Shown one piece after another: positions 56,571 through 57,368 of a stretch of DNA of 57,368 nucleotides (the stretch's first letter is position 1; each line of letters begins with the position of its first letter). A program made the position numbers and the translations under genes. The notes below the pieces were generated by a model. It saw nothing but the letters and a program-made list of their open reading frames with translations, was not told the DNA's origin and made no database searches. Source of the DNA: Haliangiales bacterium (GTDB lineage Bacteria > Myxococcota_A > Polyangia > Haliangiales > SHYZ01); the NCBI GenBank assembly GCA_046595695.1, contig JBKJOI010000417.1, positions 1 through 57,368 on the forward strand. Direction: 5' to 3'.

Positions 56571-57368
56571 ATGAAGAGGTCCCTGGTCGAGCTGGCGGAG
56601 CGTGTGCGCGGTGGGGCGCGGCGCGTGGCGGCGATCGGGCTGAACGGGCCGGCGCTCGCGGCGGCGGTGGCGGAGGTCGCCGGGGCGCTGGGCAAGGCGC
56701 AGCGGCCGCTCGTGGTGGTCGTGGCAGACGAAGCCCAGGCGCTCGCGCTCGCCCGGGACGTGGCGTTCTTCTTGCCGCCCGCCGCGCCCGCCGCGCCCGC
56801 CGCGCCCGCCGCGCCCGCCACGCCCGCCACGCCCGCCGCGAAGGCAGCGCCCGCCCAGGACGATCCCGCGGCGCCCCCGCGCGTGCTGCACCTGCCCGGC
56901 GTGGAGACATCGCCGTACGCGGAGCTCTCGCCCGACCGTGCCGCGATCATGCGCAGGCTGGCCACATTGTTCCGGCTCAGCCAGGGCTTCGCCGGTGAGG
57001 TCATCGTGGCGAGCGCGGCGGCGCTGCTCCGGCGCGTGATCGCGCGCGCCGAGCTGGCCAAGCTGTGCGACCTCATCATTCCCGAGCAGGAGCTCGACCG
57101 CGACGCGCTCATCGGGCTGCTGCTGCGAGCGGGCTACGGGCGCACGCCGGTCGTCGAGGACCCCGGCACGTTCGCGGTGCGCGGCGGCGTCGTCGACGTG
57201 TTCCCCGCGCTCTACCGGCTGCCCGTGCGCATCGATCTGTTCGGCGACCTGGTCGAGTCGATCCGCTTCTTCGACCCGCGCACACAGCGCACGCTGCGCG
57301 ATCTGCACGAGCTCTACGTGCACCCGGTGCGCGAGACCGTGCGCACGACCGGCGCCGAGCTGCGCCTG
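56571..57368 (+). CDS. mfd: transcription-repair coupling factor Mfd, N-terminal part (runs off window)
   Basis: My own translation from the ATG at 56571 gives MKRSLVELAERV. ETSPYAELSPDR and GTFAVRGGVVDVFPALYRLPVRIDLFGDLVESIRFFDPRTQR are typical of the Mfd/UvrB-homology module. It is absent from the track because there is no stop in the window. Confidence 0.85.
   Translation, partial: MKRSLVELAERVRGGARRVAAIGLNGPALAAAVAEVAGALGKAQRPLVVVVADEAQALALARDVAFFLPPAAPAAPAAPAAPATPATPAAKAAPAQDDPAAPPRVLHLPGVETSPYAELSPDRAAIMRRLATLFRLSQGFAGEVIVASAAALLRRVIARAELAKLCDLIIPEQELDRDALIGLLLRAGYGRTPVVEDPGTFAVRGGVVDVFPALYRLPVRIDLFGDLVESIRFFDPRTQRTLRDLHELYVHPVRETVRTTGAELRL
56777..56839 (+). repeat. 9-bp tandem repeat x7 (GCCCGCC[G/A]C) inside mfd
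   Basis: Seven contiguous units counted by hand. They encode (PAA/PAT)n in frame. Confidence 0.85.

Overview
Very GC-rich chromosomal window (about 70% by eye, not computed). Gene content points to a myxobacterium: a myxobacterial-type cysteine-rich repeat lipoprotein, two Ser/Thr kinases with beta-propeller tails, two sigma-54 enhancer-binding proteins (bEBPs), PEGA-domain proteins, and PilZ and degenerate GGDEF proteins. I call about 48 protein-coding genes, mostly housekeeping or envelope functions: NatAB-like ABC exporter, msrPQ, bfd-bfr, OPT transporter, TspO, a GT2/CE4/GT-C glycosylation cluster, yacG, CDF exporter, fbaB, rlmI, LysR with an SDR, two ArsA/Get3-like ATPases, a biotinyl carrier, a stand-alone E2 acyltransferase domain, and the mfd 5' end. 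I found no rRNA, tRNA, CRISPR array, transposase, integrase, phage or recognisable defence genes. Most long ORFs in the track that lie antisense to these genes are GC-driven shadow ORFs. Signals not explained by ordinary gene calls: (1) A 412-bp GC-poor intergenic region (41386-41797) carries a good -24/-12 sigma-54 promoter. It is followed by a nested three-stem RNA structure ending in a U8CU6 tract, immediately upstream of a GAF-type bEBP / ArsA-like / PEGA x2 operon. This is a candidate sigma-54-dependent sRNA or transcription attenuator. (2) Three copies of a 73-92 bp palindromic element have arms that are perfectly self-complementary in each copy but co-vary between copies. In two copies the conserved tail contains the stop codon of the adjacent gene. 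(3) A Gly/Met/Pro low-complexity protein is paired with a TerB-like gene. (4) Several decayed or fused genes are present: an FAD/Rieske remnant, a dead M14-like domain fused to a retropepsin-like domain, a pseudo-receiver with degenerate GGDEF, and a possibly truncated Cu-monooxygenase-like lipoprotein. (5) Several short tandem arrays are present. All functional calls rest on motifs read from the translations. No database search was possible, so family names need HMM/BLAST confirmation.
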